Assembly (NCBI GenBank): GCA_003973265.1
Contig: QNYZ01000036.1
Coordinates: 3,434 to 67,433, forward strand
Origin: Deltaproteobacteria bacterium
GTDB lineage: Bacteria > Desulfobacterota > Desulfobacteria > Desulfobacterales > QNYZ01
Length of the DNA stretch: 64,000 bases
Reading direction: 5' to 3'
Shown: positions 27,390-37,216 of the stretch, one piece after another
How positions within the stretch are numbered: the first letter of the stretch is position 1
Layout of the letters: the number at the start of each line of letters is the position of its first letter
Translations under genes and position numbers: made by a program
The notes under the pieces: generated by a model
The model's input: the letters and a program-made list of their open reading frames with translations, nothing else
What the model was told of the DNA's origin: nothing
Databases searched by the model: none

Positions 27390-28553
27390 ATGGACAACCT
27401 TATCTATCTTGATAATGGTGCGACCTCCTTTCCAAAACCGGAACCGGTTTATGCTTTCATGGATGAATTTTACCGGAACAATGGGGTCAGTCCCGGCCGT
27501 TCCGGATATGATCTGGCCATTGAGACCGGAAATATCGTCGAAGATACCCGGAAATCGCTCACCCGGTATTTCAACGGTACGGATCCCAACCGACTTGTCT
27601 TTTCATCCAATTCAACCGATGCCTTGAATCTTGCGATCTCCGGACTGCTCAATCCCGGAGACCACGTCATCACCACCGCGCTGGAGCACAACTCAGTCTT
27701 GCGCCCCTTATACCATCAATCTTTATACAATCATGTCGAGGTCGACTATATCCCCTTTGACGGAAACGGATTTGTCGACCCGGACGATTTTGCATCCCGA
27801 ATAAAAAGCAACACCCGGCTGATCGTGGTCAATCACGGTTCCAATGTTATCGGGACCGTGCAACCCATTAAAGAGATCGGAAAGCTTTGCAAAGGCATCG
27901 GGGCCACATTCCTGGTGGACGCATCCCAGACAGCCGGCAAACTCCCCATTGACATTGAAGCGCAGAATATCGATGTTGTCGTCTTTACCGGCCATAAATC
28001 CCTTTTGGGCCCCACGGGTATCGGCGGATTATATGTAAAAGAAAATGTGATCATCAAACAGACCCGCGCAGGGGGCACCGGCGTCAAATCCGCCAAGCGG
28101 ACCCATCTTGAAGAATATCCCTACCGCCTCGAATATGGGACCTTGAATATCGTCGGCATCGCCGGGCTGTACGCATCGCTGAACTGGCTGTTTGAAAAGG
28201 GTATTGATAATATCCACCAGCATGAAATGAACCTGACCCGGCAATTGCGGAACGGACTTGCCGAAATTGACAATGTCGTTACGTATTGTGTTGATGATCT
28301 GGCGGATCACATCGGCGTGTTAAGTTTCAATATCAAGGGGTTCGAAGCGGTCAATACCGGTACAATCCTGGATGGCGAATATGACATCGCCTGTCGAACC
28401 GGGCTGCAATGTGCCCCGCTGGTCCACGAACAGCTTGGCACGGACAGAATTCACGGAACTGTCCGTATGGGACTGGGGCCGTTTAATACCCCATCCCATG
28501 TTGAAAAGGCCATCGGTGCCATAAGGGAGATCGCATCGACTTATGGCCGGTAG
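27390..28553 (+). CDS. Class V aminotransferase-fold PLP enzyme, cysteine desulfurase/SufS-CsdA-like
   Basis: IYLDNGATSFPKP, FTGHKSLLGPTGIGGLY (PLP Lys) and RTGLQCAPLV (the group II catalytic-Cys loop, RxGHHCAQP-like). The track ORF's 5' extension lies in AT-rich intergenic DNA. Confidence 0.75.
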   Translation: MDNLIYLDNGATSFPKPEPVYAFMDEFYRNNGVSPGRSGYDLAIETGNIVEDTRKSLTRYFNGTDPNRLVFSSNSTDALNLAISGLLNPGDHVITTALEHNSVLRPLYHQSLYNHVEVDYIPFDGNGFVDPDDFASRIKSNTRLIVVNHGSNVIGTVQPIKEIGKLCKGIGATFLVDASQTAGKLPIDIEAQNIDVVVFTGHKSLLGPTGIGGLYVKENVIIKQTRAGGTGVKSAKRTHLEEYPYRLEYGTLNIVGIAGLYASLNWLFEKGIDNIHQHEMNLTRQLRNGLAEIDNVVTYCVDDLADHIGVLSFNIKGFEAVNTGTILDGEYDIACRTGLQCAPLVHEQLGTDRIHGTVRMGLGPFNTPSHVEKAIGAIREIASTYGR

Positions 28554-28683
28554 AATCGGCTTTACCGGTGGAGTTAAAAATGATGGTCCGTCTCCCGCTT
28601 ATATGATATCGTCTTGACAATGGGGTGACGCATAAAATACGTTTTGCACCTTTCCAATACCAAACGAAAAAAGGAGGTTCGGT

Positions 28684-29814
28684 ATGTTTAAGCGATTGGT
28701 TCTCTGTTCTTCATTTCTCTTCCTGGCCTTATTGCTGGTGGTCAGTGCAACGCCCTCGGCAAATGCCGCAGACACGATCAAAATCGGGCTGTCCGCTCCC
28801 CTCACAGGAGATTGGGCGGAATACGGCAACGATTTTAAACGATCGGTCACCATGGTCTTTGACGCCGCTAATAAAGCCGGGGGCATCGATGGCAAGCAAC
28901 TTGAGCTGGTCATTCTTGACAGCCGCGGCGATCCCAAGGAGTCGGTCCTGATTGCCGAAAAATTCGTCGCCAATCCAGACATCATTGCCGAAATCGGCGA
29001 TTTCAGCAGCTCCAGCTGCATGGCGGCCGCGCCGGTGTACGAAAAAGCGAACATGGTCCAGTTGTCGCCCACCTCGTCTCATATGGATTTCACCAAAAAA
29101 GGAAAAAACATGTTTCGCGTGGTGACAACCCAGGGGATTGAAGGGCCGTTTAACGCCCGCTGGGCAGTGAAAGACCTGGGCAAAAAACGCATCGCCACCG
29201 TCTACATCAATAATGACTGGGGCGTTGACGCCAATAAGTACTTTGTAGAAGAGGCCGAGAAGCTGGGCGCCGAAATTCTGACCCAGGAAGCGTTTGTCCC
29301 TGGAGAAAAAGATTTTACGGCGATCCTGACCAAAATCAAACGCCTGAAACCCGATCTCGTCTATCTGCCGGCTTTTTATGCCGACGCGGCGGCGATTTTA
29401 AACCAGGCCAAGCGTATGCACTTTAAAACCACGGTGATGGCGCCGGGCTCCCTGTTTTCGGAAAAAACCATTGAGCTTGGCGGTCAGGCCGTTGAAGGCA
29501 TCCTGGTGGCAGCTAATTATTTCAGTACCGATCCCCGGCCGGCAGCTCAGGCATTTAACAAAGCCTATCAGGCTGCTTACGGGAAAAAACCGAACATGTT
29601 TGCTGCCCTGGCCTACGATGCCGCCGGCCTGATGGTCGCCGCCCTTAAGGTGCCCGGCGTTGACAGCCGCGCCAAGGTTCGCCCGGCCCTGGAGGGGCTC
29701 AAAGGGTACAATGGGGCCACCGGTTCGATCTCCTATGCCAATGGTCATGACCCGCAAAAGGAATTGCTCAAGATAACCATCAAAGATGGCAAGTGGGTGG
29801 TTTACAACCGCTAG
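28684..29814 (+). CDS. LIV-type ABC substrate-binding protein (second system)
   Basis: AAAGGAGG RBS, signal peptide ending SANA, then IKIGLSAPLTGDWAEYG. Confidence 0.8.
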   Translation: MFKRLVLCSSFLFLALLLVVSATPSANAADTIKIGLSAPLTGDWAEYGNDFKRSVTMVFDAANKAGGIDGKQLELVILDSRGDPKESVLIAEKFVANPDIIAEIGDFSSSSCMAAAPVYEKANMVQLSPTSSHMDFTKKGKNMFRVVTTQGIEGPFNARWAVKDLGKKRIATVYINNDWGVDANKYFVEEAEKLGAEILTQEAFVPGEKDFTAILTKIKRLKPDLVYLPAFYADAAAILNQAKRMHFKTTVMAPGSLFSEKTIELGGQAVEGILVAANYFSTDPRPAAQAFNKAYQAAYGKKPNMFAALAYDAAGLMVAALKVPGVDSRAKVRPALEGLKGYNGATGSISYANGHDPQKELLKITIKDGKWVVYNR

Positions 29815-29912
29815 CCTCCTGTCGTTATCCAATCACCGGTTTCCCTGCTCACAACGGGGAAACCGTTTACTTTTAACCGATCACCCTATCGAACAACGGG
29901 AACGTTCGCGGT

Positions 29913-30803
29913 ATGTTTGAACAACTGATCAACGGCCTGACCCAGGGAAGCGTATACGCGTTGCTGGCACTGGGATTTACCCTGATTTTCGGCACCCTTC
30001 GGATGGTGACTTTCGCCCATGGCGAAATCTATATGATCGGGGCCTACGTCGGCTTTGAGATGATCCGCCTGTTTGCGCCCAGTTTTGTTCTGGCCATAAT
30101 GGCGGCCCTGGTGATCACGGCCATTCTCGGCGTCGTGGTGGAGATTCTTGCCTTTCACTTCCTGCGGGATGCGCCCCATGTCACCTCCCTGCTGGTGACC
30201 ATCGGGATATCCATCCTGCTGATCAACCTGACTCAACTGATCTGGGGGCCCGAAACAAAATCGATTCCCTACGCGCTGCTCGATAAGCTGGATTATGGCG
30301 AGTTTGAGGTCTGGGGGGTCTATATCACCTATCTTCAGATTGCCGTGCTGACGGTAACCGTACTCCTCATGGCCTTTTTATATCTCCTGATTAATAGAAC
30401 AAAACTGGGAATGGTCATCCGGGCCACGGCCCAGGATTACGAGGCGGCCTATGCCATGGGGGTCAATGTCAACGTGGTTTTTTCCACGGCGTTTGCCATC
30501 GGCTCCATGCTGGGCGGCGTGGCGGGAGTCCTTATCGGTGTGTATTACAATCTTTTTTATCCGACCATGGGCCAGCTCTACGGCCTGAAAGCCTTTTCCG
30601 CCAGTGTGGTCGGCGGCCTGATGAGCCTGCCCGGCTCGGTGGTGGCCGGTCTGCTGATCGGTGTTGTGGAAACCTTTGCGGTGGAACTCGGCGCCTCCAG
30701 TATGCGCCATATGGTTTCTTTTTTATTTATGATTCTGATCCTGCTGATTCGCCCGGGCGGATTGTTTGGCGGCAGGGAACTCATTCAGGCCCGGGGGGAT
30801 TGA
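29913..30803 (+). CDS. LivH-family ABC permease (second system)
   Basis: MFEQLINGLTQGSVYALLALGFTLIFGTLRMVTFAHGEIYMIGAY. Confidence 0.85.
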   Translation: MFEQLINGLTQGSVYALLALGFTLIFGTLRMVTFAHGEIYMIGAYVGFEMIRLFAPSFVLAIMAALVITAILGVVVEILAFHFLRDAPHVTSLLVTIGISILLINLTQLIWGPETKSIPYALLDKLDYGEFEVWGVYITYLQIAVLTVTVLLMAFLYLLINRTKLGMVIRATAQDYEAAYAMGVNVNVVFSTAFAIGSMLGGVAGVLIGVYYNLFYPTMGQLYGLKAFSASVVGGLMSLPGSVVAGLLIGVVETFAVELGASSMRHMVSFLFMILILLIRPGGLFGGRELIQARGD

Positions 30804-31816
30804 TGCCGACTTTCATCCGCACACTACTGGCCAATCTCCCCCATATTGCACTACTCGCTCTTGCCTTGATTCTACCGGCCATTATTAAAAATCAGTATCA
30901 CCTTCAGGTCGTCATTTTCATCGGGATCTATGCTATCCTGGTATTAAGTCTCAACCTGCTCAACGGTTATGTCGGTCTTTTATCCATTGGACACGCGGCT
31001 TTTTACGGAATCGGCGCCTATGCCTCGGCCAAGCTGATGATGGAAGCAGGCCTGAACTTTCCCCTGGCCATGTCTGGCGCCGGACTTATCTCTGCCGGAT
31101 TCGGGTATCTGCTCGCCAAGCCCACATTAAAGTTGTCCGGTATCTACCTGACCCTGGCCACACTCGGATTCAACATGATCCTGTTTCTGGTGCTTCAAAG
31201 CTGGATGCGCTTTACCAATGGCCCGCTGGGCATTATGTCCATTCCCGCACCATCTGTTTTTGGCTGGGAGATCACCGAAAAGGTCGATTACTACTACCTG
31301 ATTCTATTCCTGGTCGTCATGACCCTGTTCAGTATGCAGCGCCTGCTGAAATGCCGTTTCGGCCGGGCCCTTCTCGCCATCCGGGAAGACCAGCTGGCAG
31401 CCGAAGCCATGGGGGTTCACGCGGCCCGGTATAAAACCCAGGCGTTTGTTCTGGCCGCCTTTTACGCCGGAATCGCCGGCAGTTTTTATGCCCATTTTGT
31501 CAAATTCATCAGTCCGGACAGTTTTTATATTAATGAATCGTTCATCCTGCTGGCCATGCTGGCCCTGGGCGGCCAGGGAAACCTGATCGGCCCGGTGGTC
31601 GGTGCCGCCATCCTGATCCTGGTACCGGAAATATTTCGATCTCTGCAGGAATATCGAATGATCGTATACGGCAGTGTCCTGGTAATCATGATGCTGGTAC
31701 GCCGGCAGGGCCTTTTGGGCGGCAAAGCGTATAGTCTGCGCCTGTCATACTTTGACAAGAAAAAGGAAAAAGAATACATCCGGGGCGATAAATTTCTTCC
31801 CGAAGAACAGGGTTAG
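30803..31816 (+). CDS. LivM-family ABC permease (second system)
   Basis: ATGA overlap with the upstream stop. Contains LLNGYVGLLSIGHAAFYGIGAY. Confidence 0.85.
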   Translation: MPTFIRTLLANLPHIALLALALILPAIIKNQYHLQVVIFIGIYAILVLSLNLLNGYVGLLSIGHAAFYGIGAYASAKLMMEAGLNFPLAMSGAGLISAGFGYLLAKPTLKLSGIYLTLATLGFNMILFLVLQSWMRFTNGPLGIMSIPAPSVFGWEITEKVDYYYLILFLVVMTLFSMQRLLKCRFGRALLAIREDQLAAEAMGVHAARYKTQAFVLAAFYAGIAGSFYAHFVKFISPDSFYINESFILLAMLALGGQGNLIGPVVGAAILILVPEIFRSLQEYRMIVYGSVLVIMMLVRRQGLLGGKAYSLRLSYFDKKKEKEYIRGDKFLPEEQG

Positions 31817-31825
31817 TATAAAAAC

Positions 31826-32605
31826 ATGATGCCGCTTCTGGAAATTAAAAACGTCACCAAGGATTTTGGCGGACTTAAGGCCCTGCACGAGGTATCAATG
31901 CAGGTCAATGCCGGCGAAATTGTCAGCCTGATCGGACCTAACGGTGCCGGTAAAACCACATTGTTTAACTGTATTACGGGAACCATGCCCCCCTCTTCCG
32001 GGCATGTCACCTTCGAAGATAAACCGCTGGATAACCTGCCGCCCTATGAAGTAGCGGCCAAAGGTGTGACCCGCACCTTTCAGCATATCCGCCTGTTCAA
32101 CCAGATGACAGTCCTGGACAATGTCATGGTGGGTAACGATCATCGGGGCCGGACCGGTATTTTCAGCGCCCTTATCCGCCCGCCCTGGGTGGCGCGGGAA
32201 GAAAGAAAAACCCGCCAAAAAAGCCTCGACATTTTGTCGCTCTTTGGAGAACGGCTACTTCCCCGACTGAACCAGCAGGCCTGCATGTTGTCGTATGCCA
32301 ACCGCCGCCGGCTTGAAATTGCCCGGGCCCTGGTATCCGGTCCCAAACTACTGCTTTTGGACGAACCCACGGCCGGGATGAACCCCCACGAAACCCAGGG
32401 AATTGTCGATCTGATCCGTCTCATTCGCGACCGGGGACATTCCATCCTGGTTATTGAACATAAAATGAAAGTGGTCATGACGGTGTCGGACCGGATCGTG
32501 GTTCTGGATCACGGCAAAAAAATTGCCGAAGGTCTTCCGGACGAGATCGCCCACAACCAGGAAGTCATTGATGCCTACATGGGAGGCCGCCGTGTTGGAA
32601 ATTAG
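31826..32605 (+). CDS. LivG-family ABC ATPase (second system)
   Basis: LLEIKNVTKDFGGLKAL, Walker A GPNGAGKTT, Walker B LLLLDEPTAGMNPHE. Confidence 0.85.
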   Translation: MMPLLEIKNVTKDFGGLKALHEVSMQVNAGEIVSLIGPNGAGKTTLFNCITGTMPPSSGHVTFEDKPLDNLPPYEVAAKGVTRTFQHIRLFNQMTVLDNVMVGNDHRGRTGIFSALIRPPWVAREERKTRQKSLDILSLFGERLLPRLNQQACMLSYANRRRLEIARALVSGPKLLLLDEPTAGMNPHETQGIVDLIRLIRDRGHSILVIEHKMKVVMTVSDRIVVLDHGKKIAEGLPDEIAHNQEVIDAYMGGRRVGN

Positions 32606-33302
32606 CCATATCGATACTTTTTACGGCCCCATTCAGGCGCTTAAAGATGTATCCCTGACCGTGAACGAGGGAGAGATTGTCTCTCTTTTGGGCGGTAATG
32701 CCTGTGGAAAATCCACCACCATGAAGGCAATCCTCGGCCTGGTAAAACCGAGAAACGGCCATATCACCTTTAACGGCCGTCGCATTGACCACCGTCCGCC
32801 GTCGGTGGTGGTCAAAGCCGGTATCTCACCTGTACTGGAAGCCCGCCGCCTGTTTCCCTACCTGACCGTACTCGAAAACCTGCGCATGGGCGCCTACACC
32901 CGCAGGGACAAAAACGGGATCCGGCAGGATATTGAACGGATGTACGACCTGTTCCCCATCGTTAAGGACCGCCGCTGCCAGGTGGCGTCCACCTTGAGCG
33001 GCGGTGAGCAGCAGATGGTTGCCATGGCCAGGGCCCTGATGGCCCGCCCGAAACTGTTAATCATGGACGAACCGTCCATGGGATTGTCGCCGTTGTTTGT
33101 CGAAAAGGTATTTGATATCATCGAGCAGGTCAATCAAAAGGAAGGCGTGGCCATCCTGCTGGTTGAACAAAACGCTAATATGGCCCTGTCCATAGCCTCG
33201 CGGGGATATGTGCTCCAGACCGGCGAAATTGTCCTTAAAGATACAGCCCGGAACCTATTGAACAACCCATTGATGCAAAAGGCGTATCTGGGCGTCGCTT
33301 GA
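32592..33302 (+). CDS. LivF-family ABC ATPase (second system)
   Basis: GTG 32592 overlaps the livG-like end. Contains LEISHIDTFYGPIQALKDV, LSGGEQQMVAMARAL and LLIMDEPSMGLSP. The Walker A is atypical (GGNACGKST). Confidence 0.8.
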   Translation: MLEISHIDTFYGPIQALKDVSLTVNEGEIVSLLGGNACGKSTTMKAILGLVKPRNGHITFNGRRIDHRPPSVVVKAGISPVLEARRLFPYLTVLENLRMGAYTRRDKNGIRQDIERMYDLFPIVKDRRCQVASTLSGGEQQMVAMARALMARPKLLIMDEPSMGLSPLFVEKVFDIIEQVNQKEGVAILLVEQNANMALSIASRGYVLQTGEIVLKDTARNLLNNPLMQKAYLGVA

Positions 33303-33333
33303 TAGATCCTGTAATAGTAAAGAGGAGAACGAG

Positions 33334-34272
33334 ATGAATAAAATCGAAAGAGTTGATCATGTGCTGGCCGGACAAAAGGTGGACCACCCGCCCCTTTCCA
33401 TGTGGTATCATTTTGGGATACAGCACGGTTCCGGCGAGCAATTTGCCCGGATATCTCTAGAGTACTTTCATCACTATGACCTGGACTTTTTAAAAGTGAT
33501 GAACGACTACTTCTATCCGGCCCCTGAAGGGCTTGAAACAATCAAGTCTGCAGATGGTCTGAAACGTCTCCAGCCATTCGATATTGATAAAACCGACTGG
33601 CGGGAACAATTCAAAGCGCTCAAAGTCATCCAGCATGATCTGGATAAAAAAGCCTACTTCATTGACACGGTCTTTGATCCCTGGCAGAGCATCCGGCGCA
33701 ACATGGCCGGCGAAACGATCCACGACCTGATGGCCCGGTATCCCGATGATCTGCTTTCTGCACTCGATATCGTCGCCGATAACCTGATCGCCTATTGCAG
33801 GCGCTCCCTTGAACTTGGCAGTGCCGGCATCTTTTTGTCCATCGCGGCGGCCAGCGAAATTCTCAGCCGGGATGACTTTCTGAAATTTGTTAAACCACCG
33901 ACCATGAAGGTTTTTAAAGCCATCAAGGGCCTGGGAAAAATGAATACCATTCATGTTCATGGCAAAAACCTGTTCTTTAACGACTGCCTTGACTTTCCCG
34001 TGGATATTTTCAGCTGGTGGGACCGGGGCCCCAACGGCCCGTCTCTGGCATCGGTCAAAAAAAAGGTTTCCGCCTGTGTCATGGGCGGTATTGACCAGAC
34101 GATTGTCTGCCGCAAGAGCCCGGGATTTTTAAGGGAGCATGTCAAAGAGGGAATCCGGTTGGGCGGTGATCACCGGTTTTTTCTGGCCGGTGGCTGCAGC
34201 ATTGACGGGTGGACATACCCCGGGACCCTGCGCGCCATCGTTGAAACAGCGAAAGCTGCCTCTGCGCCCTGA
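33334..34272 (+). CDS. Uroporphyrinogen decarboxylase (URO-D)-family TIM-barrel protein of unknown substrate
   Basis: 312 aa with an AGAGGAG RBS. The overall pattern (N-terminal DHPP...W.H, FLKVMNDY, mid-protein GSAGIFLSIAAAS, HVHG) resembles the UroD/MtaA-like family. This is recognition by eye only. Confidence 0.55.
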   Translation: MNKIERVDHVLAGQKVDHPPLSMWYHFGIQHGSGEQFARISLEYFHHYDLDFLKVMNDYFYPAPEGLETIKSADGLKRLQPFDIDKTDWREQFKALKVIQHDLDKKAYFIDTVFDPWQSIRRNMAGETIHDLMARYPDDLLSALDIVADNLIAYCRRSLELGSAGIFLSIAAASEILSRDDFLKFVKPPTMKVFKAIKGLGKMNTIHVHGKNLFFNDCLDFPVDIFSWWDRGPNGPSLASVKKKVSACVMGGIDQTIVCRKSPGFLREHVKEGIRLGGDHRFFLAGGCSIDGWTYPGTLRAIVETAKAASAP

Positions 34273-34302
34273 ATGCGATTTTAGGGAATGAAATTATAGG
34301 CG

Positions 34303-35817
34303 ATGAATTTTCTGGTTATCGACTGCGGTACGTCATCCTGCCGTGCGGTGGTGATTTCAGGCTGCGGAAAAATCCGCTCCCAGACCCGCCTGCCGATCCG
34401 GATATCCAGGCCAGAGCCTCTCTTTGCCGAGATTGACACCGACGATCTCTGGCATCAGGTTCAACAACTCATCGCAACCGAAATTGAAAAAAATCCCGGC
34501 ATCTCTTTTGATGCCCTGGGCGTCAGCGCCATGCTGGGATATGTCTTTCTTGATAAAACCGACACGCCCCTGATGCCGGCGATCATTTACAGTGACAGCC
34601 GGGCCGTGGCAGAGTGCGAGGAGATCCGGGAACAGATCCCTGATAAGGTATTCTACGCGACAACCGGCCGTAGAATCAGCCCGTTTCTGCTGGCCCCCAA
34701 AATCAGATGGATGGCCAAATACAGACCGGAAATATTCAACCGTATTGAAACCATCGTCGGCCTTAAGGATGACATTGTCCGGCGGTTGACCGGTCAGATT
34801 CAGACCGATACTGCCCACCTTGATTATTCGGGGATGTACAATGTACATCAGGCAAGGCTGGACCCGGCGCTTCTCGATGCCCTCAAAATCGGCACGCATC
34901 TGTTTCCGTCGGTAAACTTACCGACCCGCATTGCCGGTACGCTGACTACCGATGCGGGTAAAAAGCTGAAACTGCCTCCGGGGACACCGGTAGTAACGGG
35001 AAGTACTGACGGGACTACGGCCATGTACGGTGCGGGTGTACTGGAAGAGGGAAATGCCGTTCTGGTTTCCGGGACCACGGATGTACTGATGCTCGGTGCC
35101 GACAGAGCCATTGACGATGATACCGGCACTTTGAATCTGAATACCGGTATTTTACCCGGCACGTTTCTGGTCGGCGGCCCTATGGGGTCATCGGGCGGGA
35201 CGCTCAACCGGTTCGAAAAGATGCTGGGATCCTCCGTGAACCAGCTGGCCGGGAAAATTACGGCCCTGCCGGCCGGTGCCGATGGTCTGCTCTTTTTCCC
35301 CGGATTAACCGGCGAACGGTCACCATATTGGAAAGCGTACCTGACTGGCGGGGTTGCAGGTCTGACGGCGACGCATCGCAAAGAACATCTGCTTCTGGCG
35401 ATTATGGAAGGATGCGCGTACAGGCTCGTAAGGCTTCTGGAAATACTGACCCAGAACGGTTTGTCCCCCCGGACATTGACCGTTGTGGGCGGCGGTGCCG
35501 GCAACGACATATGGAACCAGATCCGGGCCGACGTTACCGGCCGAAAGGTACTGAAACCTGCGGTGACCGAGGCCACCAGTTTAGGCACGGCACTTTTCTG
35601 CAATGCCGCACTGGACACCCGCCGGACATTGAAAGAAATAACCGCATCCTGGCAGGCGGATTCGACCCGCTGCCTTCCCCGGAAAAACCGAACGGCTGCG
35701 TACCGCAAACTGGCACAGCTGTTTACCGCTTATATCGAAAATAATGAAACACTTTACAAACGTCTGGTCAGCCTGAGCCGGCACCCCGGCGGCAACGAAG
35801 AATGGAACGACCGATGA
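34303..35817 (+). CDS. FGGY-family carbohydrate kinase (xylulokinase-like)
   Basis: FLVIDCGTSSCRAVVI (phosphate-1 motif), GSTDGTTAMYGAG and VVGGGAGNDIWNQIRADVTGRKV (the FGGY C-terminal signature). Confidence 0.85.
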   Translation: MNFLVIDCGTSSCRAVVISGCGKIRSQTRLPIRISRPEPLFAEIDTDDLWHQVQQLIATEIEKNPGISFDALGVSAMLGYVFLDKTDTPLMPAIIYSDSRAVAECEEIREQIPDKVFYATTGRRISPFLLAPKIRWMAKYRPEIFNRIETIVGLKDDIVRRLTGQIQTDTAHLDYSGMYNVHQARLDPALLDALKIGTHLFPSVNLPTRIAGTLTTDAGKKLKLPPGTPVVTGSTDGTTAMYGAGVLEEGNAVLVSGTTDVLMLGADRAIDDDTGTLNLNTGILPGTFLVGGPMGSSGGTLNRFEKMLGSSVNQLAGKITALPAGADGLLFFPGLTGERSPYWKAYLTGGVAGLTATHRKEHLLLAIMEGCAYRLVRLLEILTQNGLSPRTLTVVGGGAGNDIWNQIRADVTGRKVLKPAVTEATSLGTALFCNAALDTRRTLKEITASWQADSTRCLPRKNRTAAYRKLAQLFTAYIENNETLYKRLVSLSRHPGGNEEWNDR

Positions 35818-36326
35818 ATATCTATCTATGCGGAATGATCGGATCGGGAAAAACCACGATCGGCACCCCCCTGGCCAAAGAAACCGGCCGGGACTTTTTT
35901 GATCTGGACCAGGAGATGGACAAGCACCTTGGATATTCATTCCATCGCCTGGTCCGGGAAAAAGGGTGGGTCGCTTTCCGCGAGCTGGAATACGCCATCT
36001 GTAAGCGCTTTGCCCGGATGGATCATGCCCTTATCTGTCTGGGAGGGGGAACAGTACGCTATGAGTGGAATATGGATATCCTGCGCGGTACCGGCCTCTT
36101 TATTCTACTTACCGCCGGTCTTGACGAAATTATCCGGCGGGTGAAAATTGCCGACCGACCACGGGTGAATACCGGTACGACCCTGGAAGAAGATGTGCGC
36201 GCCATCTGGGCGGCATCTGAAAACAAATATATGGATGCCGCTGATATCGTCTATAAAACAGAGGGTAAATCCATCGGGCAATGCATTTCCGAATTAATAG
36301 CCATCATCGAAAAACATAACGGATAG
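35814..36326 (+). CDS. Shikimate kinase-family P-loop kinase
   Basis: MNIYLCGMIGSGKTTIGTPLAKETGRDFFDLDQEM...FRELE...LGGGTV. ATG 35814 overlaps the FGGY stop (ATGA). Confidence 0.75.
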   Translation: MNIYLCGMIGSGKTTIGTPLAKETGRDFFDLDQEMDKHLGYSFHRLVREKGWVAFRELEYAICKRFARMDHALICLGGGTVRYEWNMDILRGTGLFILLTAGLDEIIRRVKIADRPRVNTGTTLEEDVRAIWAASENKYMDAADIVYKTEGKSIGQCISELIAIIEKHNG

Positions 36327-36346
36327 AAGTTTAGACGGCAACCGGG

Positions 36347-36778
36347 TTATTGGGCGGATTTTCGGTTTGCCAGCTGGGTGCGTTCAGCGGACAGTTCATG
36401 GAGAAGCGAGGACAGCGTCCACTTTTCAGAGGTGGGGGTTAATGCTGCCCAGAGCGCCCCTTTCATCCCGGTCTTTCGACATATGTCCATCAACCGGTGC
36501 AATTGCTTTTCCATAATTCCCGACACAATGATCGCCCGGGGAAGATCCGAAGCCTCCCCCCGGCCATGCCCGCCGTCCAGCGCAAGTAATGTTCCCAGTC
36601 GCTGATCCTTCTGGCCGGCCATCGCCCAGACCACCGGGATGTCTGCCATATCGGCCATTTTTAACACGGTTAAAAATTTCGGCTGTGCTTCAGCAGAGAA
36701 CCCGCACACCAGCAGCCGCCTTGGCCCGTACATGGCCGTATCGGTCTGGGTAACTTTTTCAAAACCGGCATCATTCAT
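36347..36778 (-). CDS. Hypothetical protein (possibly DUF3783-like)
   Basis: 143 aa from ATG 36778, with GGAGATAGG upstream. LLVCGFSAEAQPKFLTVLKMADMADIPVVWA is reminiscent of DUF3783. No catalytic motif was recognised. Confidence 0.5.
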   Translation of the reverse strand: MNDAGFEKVTQTDTAMYGPRRLLVCGFSAEAQPKFLTVLKMADMADIPVVWAMAGQKDQRLGTLLALDGGHGRGEASDLPRAIIVSGIMEKQLHRLMDICRKTGMKGALWAALTPTSEKWTLSSLLHELSAERTQLANRKSAQ

Positions 36779-37017
36779 GGTTGCACCTATCTCCCAAATC
36801 AAAAAAAGTATCCATTTACACAGGACGACTTTCGGGCCTTTTTCAGCACGGGGCGACAGGCTGATCGCCGTACTTTTACATGCCCTTTGGACATTTCACC
36901 TGCCGGGGCCAGCCGAGCCCCCCCAATCAGGCCCTATTCCCTGATATCTCTATGTCCGGCCACCGGGGTTGCCGGATATATAAAAAGCGGATGCATATAA
37001 TCGATCCGTATTTCAAA

Positions 37018-37146
37018 TTAGAGGAAACCGCCACAATCGTCTTTAAAAACATACGAATTGATACCCGACGCCTGAAGTTTTCCGCCTGCAATCTCAGCTT
37101 CAAAATCACTGCTGAAATAGGAAATGGCTATGAGTGTGTCGGACAT
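37018..37146 (-). CDS. 42-aa ORF with a DUF2007-like N-terminus (possibly truncated)
   Basis: Below the track's length cut-off. Manual translation: MSDTLIAISYFSSDFEAEIAGGKLQASGINSYVFKDDCGGFL*. The pattern hydrophobic strand, then EAE..(K)L...GI....KD is DUF2007-like. Full-length members are ~70-100 aa. Confidence 0.3.
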   Translation of the reverse strand: MSDTLIAISYFSSDFEAEIAGGKLQASGINSYVFKDDCGGFL

Positions 37147-37178
37147 AGTTATTCCATCGGTTATTTTTCTTAAATACT

Positions 37179-37212
37179 AAAACTCAAACGGCCAGCGGCA
37201 GCAATCTGGCGA
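37179..37212 (-). terminator. Candidate rho-independent terminator after the ybaK/proX-like gene
   Basis: Read on the minus strand: GGTCGCCAG-attgctgc-CGCTGGCC(G), followed by TTTGAGTTTT. Confidence 0.4.
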
Positions 37213-37216
37213 CCGA

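Noticed and set aside
34848-35708. 286-aa ORF antisense to the FGGY kinase
   Set aside because: It is a shadow ORF. The plus-strand frame has the FGGY signatures, and the antisense product is Ser/Pro/Arg/Val-rich and low in complexity.
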